Shown here piece after piece: positions 11,246-21,842 of a DNA stretch of 64,000 nucleotides (position 1 is the first letter of the stretch; each line of letters opens with the position of its first letter). The stretch comes from Paragordius varius (Eukaryota; Animalia; Nematomorpha). The notes beneath the pieces were generated by a model, which saw nothing but the letters and a program-made list of their open reading frames with translations, was not told the origin of the DNA and did no database searches. The DNA is taken from NCBI GenBank assembly GCA_964247055.1, contig OZ176053.1:7006001-7070000 (forward strand). The letters run 5' to 3'. The position numbers and the translations under genes are program-made.

Positions 11246-11266
11246 GATATATTATATAATCTATAT

Positions 11267-13717
11267 CAGTGATACTCAAACCGCGGCCCGCGGGCCGCAT
11301 GCGGCCCTAAGTGCTCTTTAAAAATGCACTATGACTGATATTTATTTTTTTTTAAATAATATTTATTTTTTACCCAATTTGAAATGTAGAAAAATTTTCT
11401 ACATTAAAATAATTTTAAAATTTATGATTTATGGGCACACGTTGTTTCTTCTTCTTTTCTTTTTGAAATTTTTATTGCATTTCTTTTTTATTTTCACCCA
11501 TTGCACATACATTTCATTATCCTGCATCATTTTTAAAACTCATTCTCATAAAATATTTTCAACTCAATATCATTAAATTTCAACTTGTTTTTTATAGCAT
11601 AATTCAATTTATATTCCTATCTTTTTTACAGAATATTTAAACATAAATTCAAAGGATGACATCTAATGCCAAAAAACGTAAATTATCCGATGAAAATCGC
11701 TCCTTTAAAAAAGAATGGGAAACTAGTTTTTTTGTAGTTTTAAATAACAATGTTGCTACCTGCCTTATATGCAAGGACAATATAATTATAAAAAAATTCA
11801 ATATTGAAAGACATTTTAAAATCCATCATTCTCATAAATTACCAGAAAATCTTGAGGAAAGAAATGAAAAATATAAAAATTTTAAGGAATTATACGAGAA
11901 AGAAAAATCTATTATGGCCATAGCTTTTTCCCAGGAAAAAGCTGTAACATTAGCTTCGTATGAAATATGCTATATTTTAGGAAAAAATATGAAACCGTTT
12001 ACTAATTCCCAACTAATAAAAGAATGTTTAATAAATGGTTGCACTTTTTTATTTGATAAATTCCATAATAAAGATCAAATCATGAGACAAATTAAAAAAC
12101 TTCAACTTTCTGATTCAACATGTGCTCGACGCATTGAAGATATGTCTAAATATATTTTTAACAATACATTATTGGCTCTGAAAAATTGCAAATACTTCAG
12201 TATTGCAATCGATTCCAGCACTGATATAAGTTCAACACCTCAATGTGCGCTCTTCGTGAGATTTTGCAACGACAACATAATCAACGAGGAATATTTGAAA
12301 TTTTTACCAATGAATAATACCACAAAAGGCAGTGATTTTCTTGAAGTAATTAGCACCTTTTTCGATAATAATGGTATATCTATGAAAAAATTGGTTTCGA
12401 TCTGCACAGATGGCTGTCCCTCTATGATTGGAATAAACAAAGGGTTTATTTCTCTTTTAAAAAACAAATATAATTTGCAAAATCTATTATCCTTTCACTG
12501 CTTTATTCATCAGCAAAACTTGGTTTCGCGTGTAAAAGATGAATCACTAAATTTAGTAATTAAAACGGTTGTGGATATAGTTAACTACATCCGTGGCAGA
12601 GAATTCAATCACCGTAAATTCAAAAACCTCCTGAAAGATATCCACAGTGAGTTTGATGATATTCTTTTGTACACCGCTGTGAGATGGCCAAGCCTTAGCA
12701 AAGTATTGAATAGATTTTTTGATTTAAGACATGAAATTCTATTATTTATAAAAGATAACAGAAAGTTTGACGAGGAAATTAATAGTGACAAATGGTGGGT
12801 TTTATTAGCCTACCTTTGCGACATTACTTATAAACTTAGTACTTTTAATACAAGTCTTCAAGGGAGCAAAATAATAACCCAATTTGCTAATCATATATTT
12901 GCTTTTGAAGAAAAATTAATAATATATAAACAAGATTTTATAGATAAAACACTCCTACATTTTCCAACACTCAAAACGATTCATAAAGAAAATATGGAAT
13001 TTACCGCGGATATTAATTTAATAATAGACAATCATTTAACATTTTTATCTAATGAGATGAAATTCAGATTTCAAGAATTAAAAAATATAAAAAATTGCTT
13101 AAAGCTAGTGGAAAATCCATGGCATATGGATATATCCAACATTAAGCAACTTGAGCTTTTCGGTTTTGATCAGGCGGTTATCATTGAAGAATTCGTTGAT
13201 TTTAAAAATGATTCCAATTTGGAAGCTATATTTAAGGAAAACCGTAGAGAAGAAAGATATGTAGAGTTTTGGCAAGTTGTGCCAAATAAATATGAAAATA
13301 TAAAAAAATGTGCTCAAGTTGTCCTAACTATTTTTCCATCAACTTACACATGTGAGACGGCATATTCAAAAATGAAGTATATTAAGAATACTTACAGAAA
13401 TCGCTTAACTAATGATCATATGGACAACGTATTAAGAATGGCCTGCCATGAGGCGAAACCAAATTTGTCAAAAATTATTGGTTAATATTAAAATAAATGT
13501 TGTTATCTATATATTTTAATTTTTAAAACTAAATGGTACAAAACGAATTTTTAGCTGGATTTACATGCGACCCGCAAAAAATTTATTGTGCTGATTTAAA
13601 GTATAAATATGTGCGTTGTCAAATAGCTATGGAATATTTGCCATTATAAGCTTCATGGCCCTCGAAAAAAAAATATGTTTTATTTGGCCCGTCAAATTTT
13701 TTTGGTGAGTACCACTG
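11267..13717 (+). mobile_element. Full-length hAT DNA transposon (SPIN/Charlie/Buster-like), 2451 bp
   Basis: TIRs CAGTGATACTCA / TGAGTACCACTG match 11/12. The 8-bp TSD ATCTATAT is at 11259-11266 and 13718-13725. Subterminal GCGGCCCGCGGGCCGCATGCGGCCC is present, and it encodes one 609-aa transposase. Confidence 0.97.
11656..13485 (+). CDS. hAT transposase, GTF2IRD2/SPIN-like, 609 aa, uninterrupted
   Basis: N-terminal KKRK and a BED-like CLIC...H..HH. Catalytic triad in IAIDSSTD, ICTDGCPSM and STYTCETAYS; CFIH motif; VRWPS where the family usually has RWLS; C-terminal YRNRL dimerisation region. Confidence 0.95.
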   Translation: MTSNAKKRKLSDENRSFKKEWETSFFVVLNNNVATCLICKDNIIIKKFNIERHFKIHHSHKLPENLEERNEKYKNFKELYEKEKSIMAIAFSQEKAVTLASYEICYILGKNMKPFTNSQLIKECLINGCTFLFDKFHNKDQIMRQIKKLQLSDSTCARRIEDMSKYIFNNTLLALKNCKYFSIAIDSSTDISSTPQCALFVRFCNDNIINEEYLKFLPMNNTTKGSDFLEVISTFFDNNGISMKKLVSICTDGCPSMIGINKGFISLLKNKYNLQNLLSFHCFIHQQNLVSRVKDESLNLVIKTVVDIVNYIRGREFNHRKFKNLLKDIHSEFDDILLYTAVRWPSLSKVLNRFFDLRHEILLFIKDNRKFDEEINSDKWWVLLAYLCDITYKLSTFNTSLQGSKIITQFANHIFAFEEKLIIYKQDFIDKTLLHFPTLKTIHKENMEFTADINLIIDNHLTFLSNEMKFRFQELKNIKNCLKLVENPWHMDISNIKQLELFGFDQAVIIEEFVDFKNDSNLEAIFKENRREERYVEFWQVVPNKYENIKKCAQVVLTIFPSTYTCETAYSKMKYIKNTYRNRLTNDHMDNVLRMACHEAKPNLSKIIG

Positions 13718-13949
13718 ATCTATATATATAAACGTTGATATAACCTTTTGATTCCAAAAACCTTAACTAAAATACAGATTGTAAAATAACCAAAGATATA
13801 TTTTCCATAAACTAATATCTAAATAATCAGAGACATATTATGAAAATTAAAGCTTTAAAAAGCAGCCCAGTGACTATGTACAACGTGACAGAGGAAAAAG
13901 CATCGTACGCAAATACTGTGGAAAAGGGCCACTTACTTTAATAATTAAA

Positions 13950-16230
13950 ATACAAAATAATGTTAGGTTCATCAAATGAACCGTCGTATTCGCGGAAAAG
14001 ATCAAAATTGAATTTGCGCTTTTCCCATTCCGTTTCTATTTGCGCGCTCTAAATTTTTTGAATTGTTATAAAACAAACGACACTAAAAGTTAAAAAAGAG
14101 CCGGTCCGCCTGTTATAGGGTTAATATAATAAATTACCTCACCTATCAACCCTTTATTTAATATTCGTTGCACAATATATGAGATAATAAAAATAAGCAT
14201 ACACATTTTTCGATTGTCAGTAATTTCACTAAAAAAATTTAAAAGTTGTATAAATCAATTTATTAATCTACATCCCTAGTTGCAAAATAAATATTTGTAT
14301 TCTAGTTTAATTATGGACAATCTTGAATAATTTGGTAATTTCTCTGAGACCATTGAACAAGGCAACTGATCTGGTGGGTCATTTTGATTTCTCTGTAGCT
14401 GGACATATACCTGACGGTTTCACAATGGAACAAGGCAACATATCTGGCGGTTCAACTTTAATTTACTGCGATTATGGAACTAAACATATCGGCCGGTTTT
14501 TCTGTAACTATGAAACTAGGCAACATATTTTAAGTTAATTTCTAGGTAATTATTTGAATAGGCGACATATCTGGTGGTTTATATTGATTTGTCTGCAACC
14601 ATTGAAGTAGCAAATATATCTGGTCGTTTTTAACTAGGCGACATGCCGTTTATTTTAATTTCTCTGTGATCATTAAACTAAGCAATATATCTGGCGGTTT
14701 ATTTTAATTTTTCTGAAACCTAAGAACTAAGGCAGCATATCCATAGGTATTTATTAAAATACCCTTTTTCCGAGTATATTTGGTTTGCGTGCGATCCATA
14801 TTCCTGATTCACTGTTGCAGGTGGATATAGAGGTGTCTGAAGCTCTATTTTTCCGAACAAAACCGTTTGCGTGTGACAATACAAACAGAATAATTTATTT
14901 TATGTTAATATATTGTTTACACAATTTTATCTGACACTCTGAAGAAATAATATGTGTTGGCGGCTTTATGTGGCCTAATTCAATAATTTCAGAGAAGTAA
15001 ATAACCGCCAGGATTTAGCCATTAACTACAGACAAATCAGAATGAATGACAGACAAGTTGGATAGTTCAATAGTCTCAGAGAGGCAAATAATTGATCATT
15101 CTTACTATAAGTAATTATTACCCACATAAAGCTGTCCATAAATACTAGTTTTACAGAGTGTCATATAAAATCGTCTAAAATAATTATATTATGTACATAA
15201 AATACATTATTCCGTTTATATGTCATATGCAAATTGTTTAAAAATATAGAGCTTCAGAAAGCATTCCTATATCTATGCGCAACAGTGAGCCAGAATTTTA
15301 TTGGGGAAAAGGGTGATTTTCTTTTATAATTATCGAGAGATATGTCGCCTTCTTGGGTTGCAGTTAAGTCAAATTGAACCCTCAGATATGTTGCTTAGTT
15401 CAATGGTCACAATGAAATCAAAATAAACCGCTAGATATGTCGCCTAGTTTAAAAACTCTCAGATATATTTGTCCACTTCAATGGTTACAAAAAAATAAAT
15501 ATAAACCGCCAGATATGTCACCAAATTTAATAATTACATAGAAAATAACCCCAGATATGTTGATATACTTCAATGGTTGCAGAGAAATCAGTGTGAACCG
15601 CCAGATATGTTGCTAGTTTTTAGTTGCAGAGAAACCGTCAGATATGTTAGTACCATAATCACAGTAAATTAAAAATGAACCGCCAGATATGCTGCCTAGT
15701 TCATTGGTTTAGGAGAAACCAGTCTGAATTGCCATATATGTAGCCTAATTTTATAATTACAGAAAATCAAAATAAACCGTCAGGTATGTTGTAACTAAGG
15801 AGAAATCAAAACCACCAGATAAATTGGCTTGTTCAATGCTCTCAAAAAATTACCAAATTATTGAAGATACTACTTATAAAAAACAATCTATACATTTCAC
15901 TATAAACTTATAAAGAGTATATTAGCGATGTAGATTAATGTTTCAAATGGTTTATATCTTCATATTTTATAAAATAAAGCAGTGAAATCAAATTAAGACA
16001 ATCGAACAACGTGTTTTATTTTAATTATTGTATTTGGTAGGTGTGGTAATTCATTATAATTCTATAAAAGCGGAACGGCCCTTTTTTAGCGTTTAATTTC
16101 GTTAGTCCTCTTAAAATTTCAACAAATTAGAGAGCGCTAAAAGAAACATAATGGGAAAACTAAGTAACTCCAATTTTGACCTTTCCCGCGTAACCCTTCG
16201 AGTAATGCCCCTAACATTAAACAATTTTAT
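13950..16230. mobile_element. Old foldback-like structure: ~1 kb imperfect inverted arms containing the 50-bp minisatellite, with a ~120-bp loop (copy at ~60830-63140)
   Basis: For example, CGCGGAAAAGATCAAAATT (~13990) vs AATTTTGACCTTTCCCGCG (~16172), TGACACTCTG (14932) vs CAGAGTGTCA (15154), and CTGAAGCTCTAT vs ATAGAGCTTCAG. Ends are not defined. Confidence 0.55.
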
Positions 16231-17477
16231 ACACTCTCATATATGCATGTTAATATACAGATATACCTACTAATTGAACAATTATATGACAATCCACTTT
16301 ATTAAATGGTTAAATACTTTAAATATTAAGTACTAAAAGAATAAAGATAATTGTGGTGCATACGTAAGCGGGTTCGACCATTTTTTATTATAATTACAGT
16401 AAAATACTGTTAATTTTTAACGAATGTCTCAGTGTTTCATCGATTAATTGCGTTGCCGTTACGACGCGGACATTAAAGTCAAAATAATATATATGAATCA
16501 CGATAAAGACAAAATCTATATTTCCTGAATCATTATGCGCACTAATTTTTGAAAATATTAGGGATAATGAAATTAGCTGTTTATCAAAACCATATCAGAT
16601 TAAAAAACGTTAAAATGTATTTATAAAAGCTGTTGATTTATCGATTTTGCGAACACAGTAATTATTATATAATATTTAAACATCCTTAAACTTAGATTAT
16701 AATGTCAGCCGCATAAAAAAATTGTTTTGAAGACCCGACGGTCGAAAAGTTTCTGATTGCTGTTTTACACTTTTTTATCCCTTTCATTGTTTATTTTATC
16801 ATATAAAAGTAAAATGTATTTTGATTCTCATATTGGTTTTGGTTTATGAGCTTGGAAGTTATTCAAGAAAACCCTATTTATCCTAATAGAAAATCGCACA
16901 CCCTTTTTTAAATTCATGCTTGATAACAGTTTATTCCGTCAATACATGCCCTAAATTATATTTATTCAAGATATGATTTTCATACATGAACTTATTTGAA
17001 AATATTTAATAATATCTGTTAATATCGGCTCTTTAATATAAACGCAAATTACCTGATCATTTGTTATTTATTGTATGTTGAAATAACTTTTAAAGTTAAT
17101 TTTTCTACATAGTGGGCTTTACACATATCAAAACGGTAGAAAAATCACCATAAAATATACAAAAAAACTTTTTCCATTAGATGCCGAAGAATACTTATTA
17201 TCTCAAAATTAATTTCAAATTTTCGCCATTATTTTTAATTAAAATTTAAAATATATTTACTGATAAAAGTCACGGGATTGCAGCACATTCCAAAAGTTTA
17301 AGAGACTATGTTTATTATTTTGACGATTCGATTAATAAATGTTCCTATCGTGGTTAAATCGAATTCTAGCTTTAACTCCAGCATATGGAAAATATTATCC
17401 CGATGTAGAACACATACGACCGTATTTATTTAATAATGGCTATTTTTTACGATCGAATAAGATCCTTTTAAAGTTGG

Positions 17478-17790
17478 TTGACAGAAACCAAACAGGTTAA
17501 AATTGAAAGCGACACTATAAGATTGGATTTATTTGGTTTAACTGTAACTAATCAAAAAGTTAGCGGGAAAAAACAAAACGAAAAATATACCTATAATATT
17601 GGGGAGAAAAAACCAATAATAGAAGGGATTAAAGTATTAATCAAAAACGAATCGAATAAAAATCTCAATAGTTATACACCATATACGACCAGTATAATAT
17701 TGAACTAACTGCTAAGTCACTTATAATTGTATACATAGTAGTCTATGCCCCTACGTCAAACGTTCCTAAAGAACACATTTTAGGCAAAGC
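17478..17790 (+). pseudogene. Decayed APE-type endonuclease fragment of a LINE
   Basis: QVKIESDTIRLDLFGLTVTNQKVSG...EGIKVLIK, and after a frameshift IIVYIVVYAPTSN, parallel the RTE endonuclease N-terminal motifs (IDILGLSE..W.GSG; GVG..I; IQVYAPT). Confidence 0.55.
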
Positions 17791-18120
17791 TCCAAATTTT
17801 ATATGTAACTAAGAAAGGATACGCTTATGTTTAGATTGTTTTCTAATATCTTTAAGTCTTTTTCATTCCACCATGCTCCATTCAGGTTGATTTTACCTGC
17901 AAAAACTTGATATTTATAATTAAAATCAGCTGTTTTGTTCAATCGTGCTTTAAGCTTCCCAATTATAGACTCTAGGAGGAACAAATAAAATAATAAATTT
18001 TATCTAATACAGCAGTACCATGTTTGTCAATTATTAACAAAAAAAATTAAAAACAGTAGTTTATTGACAACATTAAGATCTGGGATATCAAAGTTATTTT
18101 TGAAAAAATCGAAATTTTGT

Positions 18121-19330
18121 ACGGTCCCCGAGACATTGTGTGCGGCCCGCGAAAAATTCGAGAATCTATAATTTGCAAAAATATGCTCACAGCTCATTAA
18201 AGTTGATATTTTTTAGACACAATCCAATGTGTTTTGCTTATATCTTTTATACGATACATTTTAGTGATATTTTTTGAATGAAGCTTTTGGCCTTTATCAA
18301 AAAAAATTTTCTTCACAAAATGAGCATAAATCTTGCTATTTTCAGATATGGAGCAGTTTACACAAAAGTGAATATGACTTTGTTTATCAAGCGGCATTAG
18401 AGCACAAAAATTCCTGAAATCAAAAAACGTCGATAGATCCTTTTTTCTGCATCGAATCGAATGAAAAAGGGATTAATATAATATTTGAGCTTTAGCGTTG
18501 ATAGAAATTATCGAAACACTTTGTTTTTATAAGGCTTAATTTTTTGGAGGCTTATTGGCGAAACTCTATAACTCTATATAGATTTAATATATGATTGTTT
18601 TGATAAAAATCAATATCGTTTACCGTATATTAACAAATTTATGATTTATGATTCACCCTGAAATGATTTTTTGACCTTATATTTTTGGTCTTAATGAGCT
18701 CCCAAAAAAGAAGAATCTTAATTGATAACATTGCGTTTGTAACTATCCTTATTCTATACATAAACAAATTAAATTTAATTGACGCTTTTTTATTTAATTT
18801 TATTGGACCTAATGTGAGATAAAAAAATTTTAATTTTGGTTATTAACAGAAATACATACCTTTTTTAGTATATTTACCGCATATATCATTTTAATATTAA
18901 TTAACCTGAAACTATCTATCGAATGATATATCAATCCATTAATATTTATATTGCAGCCTACGGTGTTATATTCTACTAGAATAGATAAGTTTTTTAATCT
19001 GAAAGCAAAATCTCCAGGATTGCTTTAAATTTTTTATGTATGCTAGAGATTAAATAAAGTTATTTCGGAAAAAAATAAATATCTTGCGCGGCCCAAAGAG
19101 ACCGTATGCGTGACCCGCGAAAAAATCGGAAATCCATAATTTGCAAAAATATGCTCAGTTTTAGATAATTATTATTTCTTAAATTCAAATTAGCCTATTG
19201 AATTGATAACGAAATTTTTTTTATCGTGCTTGTATTTTTTACTAATGTAAATTGAATAAAATATTTTTGAATGCCCTTACATATTTAAATGCGGCCCGCC
19301 GGTTTATTGCGTCAAAAATGCGCTCCCCGG
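18121..19330. mobile_element. Degenerate hAT-like remnant with duplicated subterminal block
   Basis: Direct repeats GCGGCCCGCGAAAAATTCGAGAATCTATAATTTGCAAAAATATGCTCA (~18140) and GTGACCCGCGAAAAAATCGGAAATCCATAATTTGCAAAAATATGCTCA (~19110), plus GCGGCCCGCC at ~19290. These resemble the 3' subterminal GCGACCCGCAAAAAATT of the hAT at ~13567. Confidence 0.4.
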
Positions 19331-19590
19331 AAAGATGTTTTAAATATCCCTAAATGAATGCTTTAAATTGTGCTTCATATAAATTTTATTTATGTAGTTT
19401 TTTCTGCAATGATTAACAAATGGTTAAATTTTTTTAATCTTGACTAAATCACGCAATACGTCAGTGCGCAGCTAGTAATATATACTATGAATATTATTGA
19501 TATGAGTGTCAATAATCAAAACTTTAAACGTTTTCATTGTTATACCTTCTAAAATTTAAAACAAATTTTTAAAATCATAATTTGATATTA

Positions 19591-20826
19591 ATGAAAAAGT
19601 GCGAAATTTCGAAAGCTAAAAAGCGAAAGATAAAGATGAATTGTTCAAAAAACAAAAAGAACAAAACAAAAAAGCAGAGTATGAAAAAAATGTGCAAGCG
19701 TCAACCTCAACGTCCTTTGGCAAATAAAAAGCGACATCTCAAGAAACGAAAAGCACCCAAAAAGAGCCCTAAAAACACTAAAATTAAAACGCTGAAAAGT
19801 AACAAAGGTGGAAGGAATTCGAAAAAACACTCTATAACTCAAAAGAAGCGTTTCAACTCCAAAAATAACAAAGGAAAAAGAAATACAGCGATAAAGTGTA
19901 GAAAGGTCAGTGAAAAACGAAAAATTAAAACTACTACTACAAGAAACAAAGCACCCAAGAGAAAAAAGCAAACTGGAAGAAAATTAAAAAAATATGTTGG
20001 AAATAAAAGATTAAGATGCAACAAACTCACAATTGTAACGGATCATCCTTCACAAAATCAGTCTGATAATGATTCAGTAATAGTACCGGAAACAAATGTT
20101 CCTACCCAGACATTAAACAAAAACATTTCAACAGATTCTTCGAAATTAATTAATAGCTCTCCTGCTGTAAGTAAAAAACCCCGAGAAATTACAATACATA
20201 CAACAAAAGAGTTAAAGCAGTCTGCTTTGTCAAACAATAGTACAGCAACAATTAATAATATCCTCGAAACTCTTACGCCTGCAGAAAAACATTTAGATAA
20301 GACTGTTTCTAATATAATAGCCACATCTTATAATAATTCCCCAGTAACAGTTATGCCTTCAAAAAAAGGGTTAAAACGGTCTAATTGTACAGCAAAAATC
20401 AATTTCGAAACCACTATGCCTACGAAAAAACCTTCAAAGCCTGTTCAAAACATAATAACAACAAATGAGTGCGAAAAAACAATTATGCCTTCCAAACGGT
20501 TAAAACAACCTTCTTTGTTAAATAGTGATTCAACAATAGTTATACCTGATGCAACCATGACTAGATCTGAAAATCAGATTTGTGAAAACACGATTTCCAC
20601 ATTAAATCCAAAACCAGTAAAATTAAAAAAATGGATACCAGATTATATAAGAAAAGAAGCCGATTGGCCGCCCATAGACGTTGAGGATTTTTTTTTAAAG
20701 AAAAAATTAAAAGAATTGCGACTTATTCTTAAGTCATCAATCATAGGACACGCTGAAATTTCACGTTCACGTTTCCAACTGCCACCCAAAAAATATACTT
20801 CCAATATTAATTATAATTCTCCGTAA
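19591..20826 (+). CDS. Unrecognised protein, 411 aa from the first ATG: highly basic N-terminus, S/T/N-rich repeats and a conserved C-terminal domain
   Basis: A 1.2-kb stop-free frame in very AT-rich DNA. The track's start at 19582 is TTG; the first ATG is 19591. About 64 K+R vs 2 acidic residues in the first ~147 aa (hand count). The C-terminus aligns with 21390-21842. Confidence 0.8.
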   Translation: MKKCEISKAKKRKIKMNCSKNKKNKTKKQSMKKMCKRQPQRPLANKKRHLKKRKAPKKSPKNTKIKTLKSNKGGRNSKKHSITQKKRFNSKNNKGKRNTAIKCRKVSEKRKIKTTTTRNKAPKRKKQTGRKLKKYVGNKRLRCNKLTIVTDHPSQNQSDNDSVIVPETNVPTQTLNKNISTDSSKLINSSPAVSKKPREITIHTTKELKQSALSNNSTATINNILETLTPAEKHLDKTVSNIIATSYNNSPVTVMPSKKGLKRSNCTAKINFETTMPTKKPSKPVQNIITTNECEKTIMPSKRLKQPSLLNSDSTIVIPDATMTRSENQICENTISTLNPKPVKLKKWIPDYIRKEADWPPIDVEDFFLKKKLKELRLILKSSIIGHAEISRSRFQLPPKKYTSNINYNSP

Positions 20827-21389
20827 GAGTTTTTGACACATCATGTCCTACTATACTGATTGTTTAGTAATTTGGGCCTTAAATTATCAGCTTTTTAAAT
20901 TATTGTTAAGATTTGGTAACATATATATATTTTTAATATCATTTTTTGATTCCTAAAACACTAACTAAAACTGTCAAAAAAATTTTATCAGAGTGGAAAA
21001 TAAAGCGTTAAAGATATATATTCTATAAATTAATATTAATGATTACACGTTGATGTGAATATTAGAGCTTCAGAAGACAGCCCAGTGGCTATGTCCAATA
21101 GTGACACAGGAAGATATGTCGCAGGCAAACCATTCATAAATTATTCCCCCAAAAAAGGTAATAAATAAATAATTTAACCATTTTAAAACACCTATTACTA
21201 TACGGTTTAACTTCATTAAGATTATCATTTTAATTAAATTATATATTTATTTATTTTCTTTTATAAGATTTTAAGCTCTATTATTATGCTTAACTTATAG
21301 ATTTCAATTCAAAATATTAATTAACTATAAATTTAAAAAAGTTTACAAAATTTCGGGACCAGCAGCACATAATACAAAGATTTGGTTAA

Positions 21390-21842
21390 TTGTCACATAT
21401 TTTTGTCAAATTTGAAATATTATATTACAATCATATGCATCCAAAAAATATAACAATAGCCTATTGGCAAGAAATATACAATATTCCTTCAACAAAACGG
21501 CTAAAACGGTCCACATTTTTGTATAATGACACACCACCAATGACAAATGATTTACAAGAAGAAACAACTCCAACAACATCTCAAGATAAGATTGATGACA
21601 ACAAGCCAAGGACATCAAATAATGCAAAACCAGTGAAATATCAGAAACTGATACCGGAATTCCTGAGGGAACGAATCGATTGCATATCCCCGATTAATTT
21701 TGAACAAATTAGTTTGAAGAAAAAAATCGCCCAATTAAGAAACGTAATCAGTGCATCCGAAATCGGTCAGGCCGAATTTTTACGCTCAAGGTCGCTTCAG
21801 CGTAAAAAATTCGCAAGTGATACAAATTTCAATTCACCGTAA
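21390..21842 (+). CDS. Paralogous ORF/terminal exon of the same family (true 5' boundary uncertain)
   Basis: PSTKRLKRSTFLYND...KPVKYQKLIPEFLRERIDCISPINFEQISLKKKIAQLRNVISASEIGQAEFLRSRSLQRKKFASDTNFNSP* aligns residue by residue with the end of 19591-20826. The track start is TTG. Confidence 0.7.
   Translation: MSHIFVKFEILYYNHMHPKNITIAYWQEIYNIPSTKRLKRSTFLYNDTPPMTNDLQEETTPTTSQDKIDDNKPRTSNNAKPVKYQKLIPEFLRERIDCISPINFEQISLKKKIAQLRNVISASEIGQAEFLRSRSLQRKKFASDTNFNSP

Larger units (their letters stand above)
1..17084 (+). repeat. Segmental duplication copy A, near-identical to 47323-64000
   Basis: Collinear match throughout, including satellite variants, the hAT element and the foldback. The offset is 47322 at the start and 46916 at the end; the drop is explained by the MITE insertion and small indels. 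Confidence 0.97.

Noticed and set aside
11331-11576. Hydrophobic 81-aa ORF in the hAT 5' region (and 58213-58458)
   Set aside because: T-rich low-complexity sequence. A TTTACAG acceptor just before the transposase start suggests 5' UTR/intron.
12240-13317. Short antisense ORFs inside the transposase, the basic-protein ORF, gag-pol and the LINE
   Set aside because: Shadows of the real coding strand, with no independent motifs.
11656-13485. Domesticated GTF2IRD2/ZBED/EPM2AIP1-type host gene
   Set aside because: It is bounded by TIRs and a perfect TSD, and empty paralogous sites exist, so it is a transposon.
14323-14538. 71/82-aa ORF across the 50-bp minisatellite with an in-frame 33-bp indel
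   Set aside because: TTG start, short, and lies in degenerate repeats whose other copies are not open.
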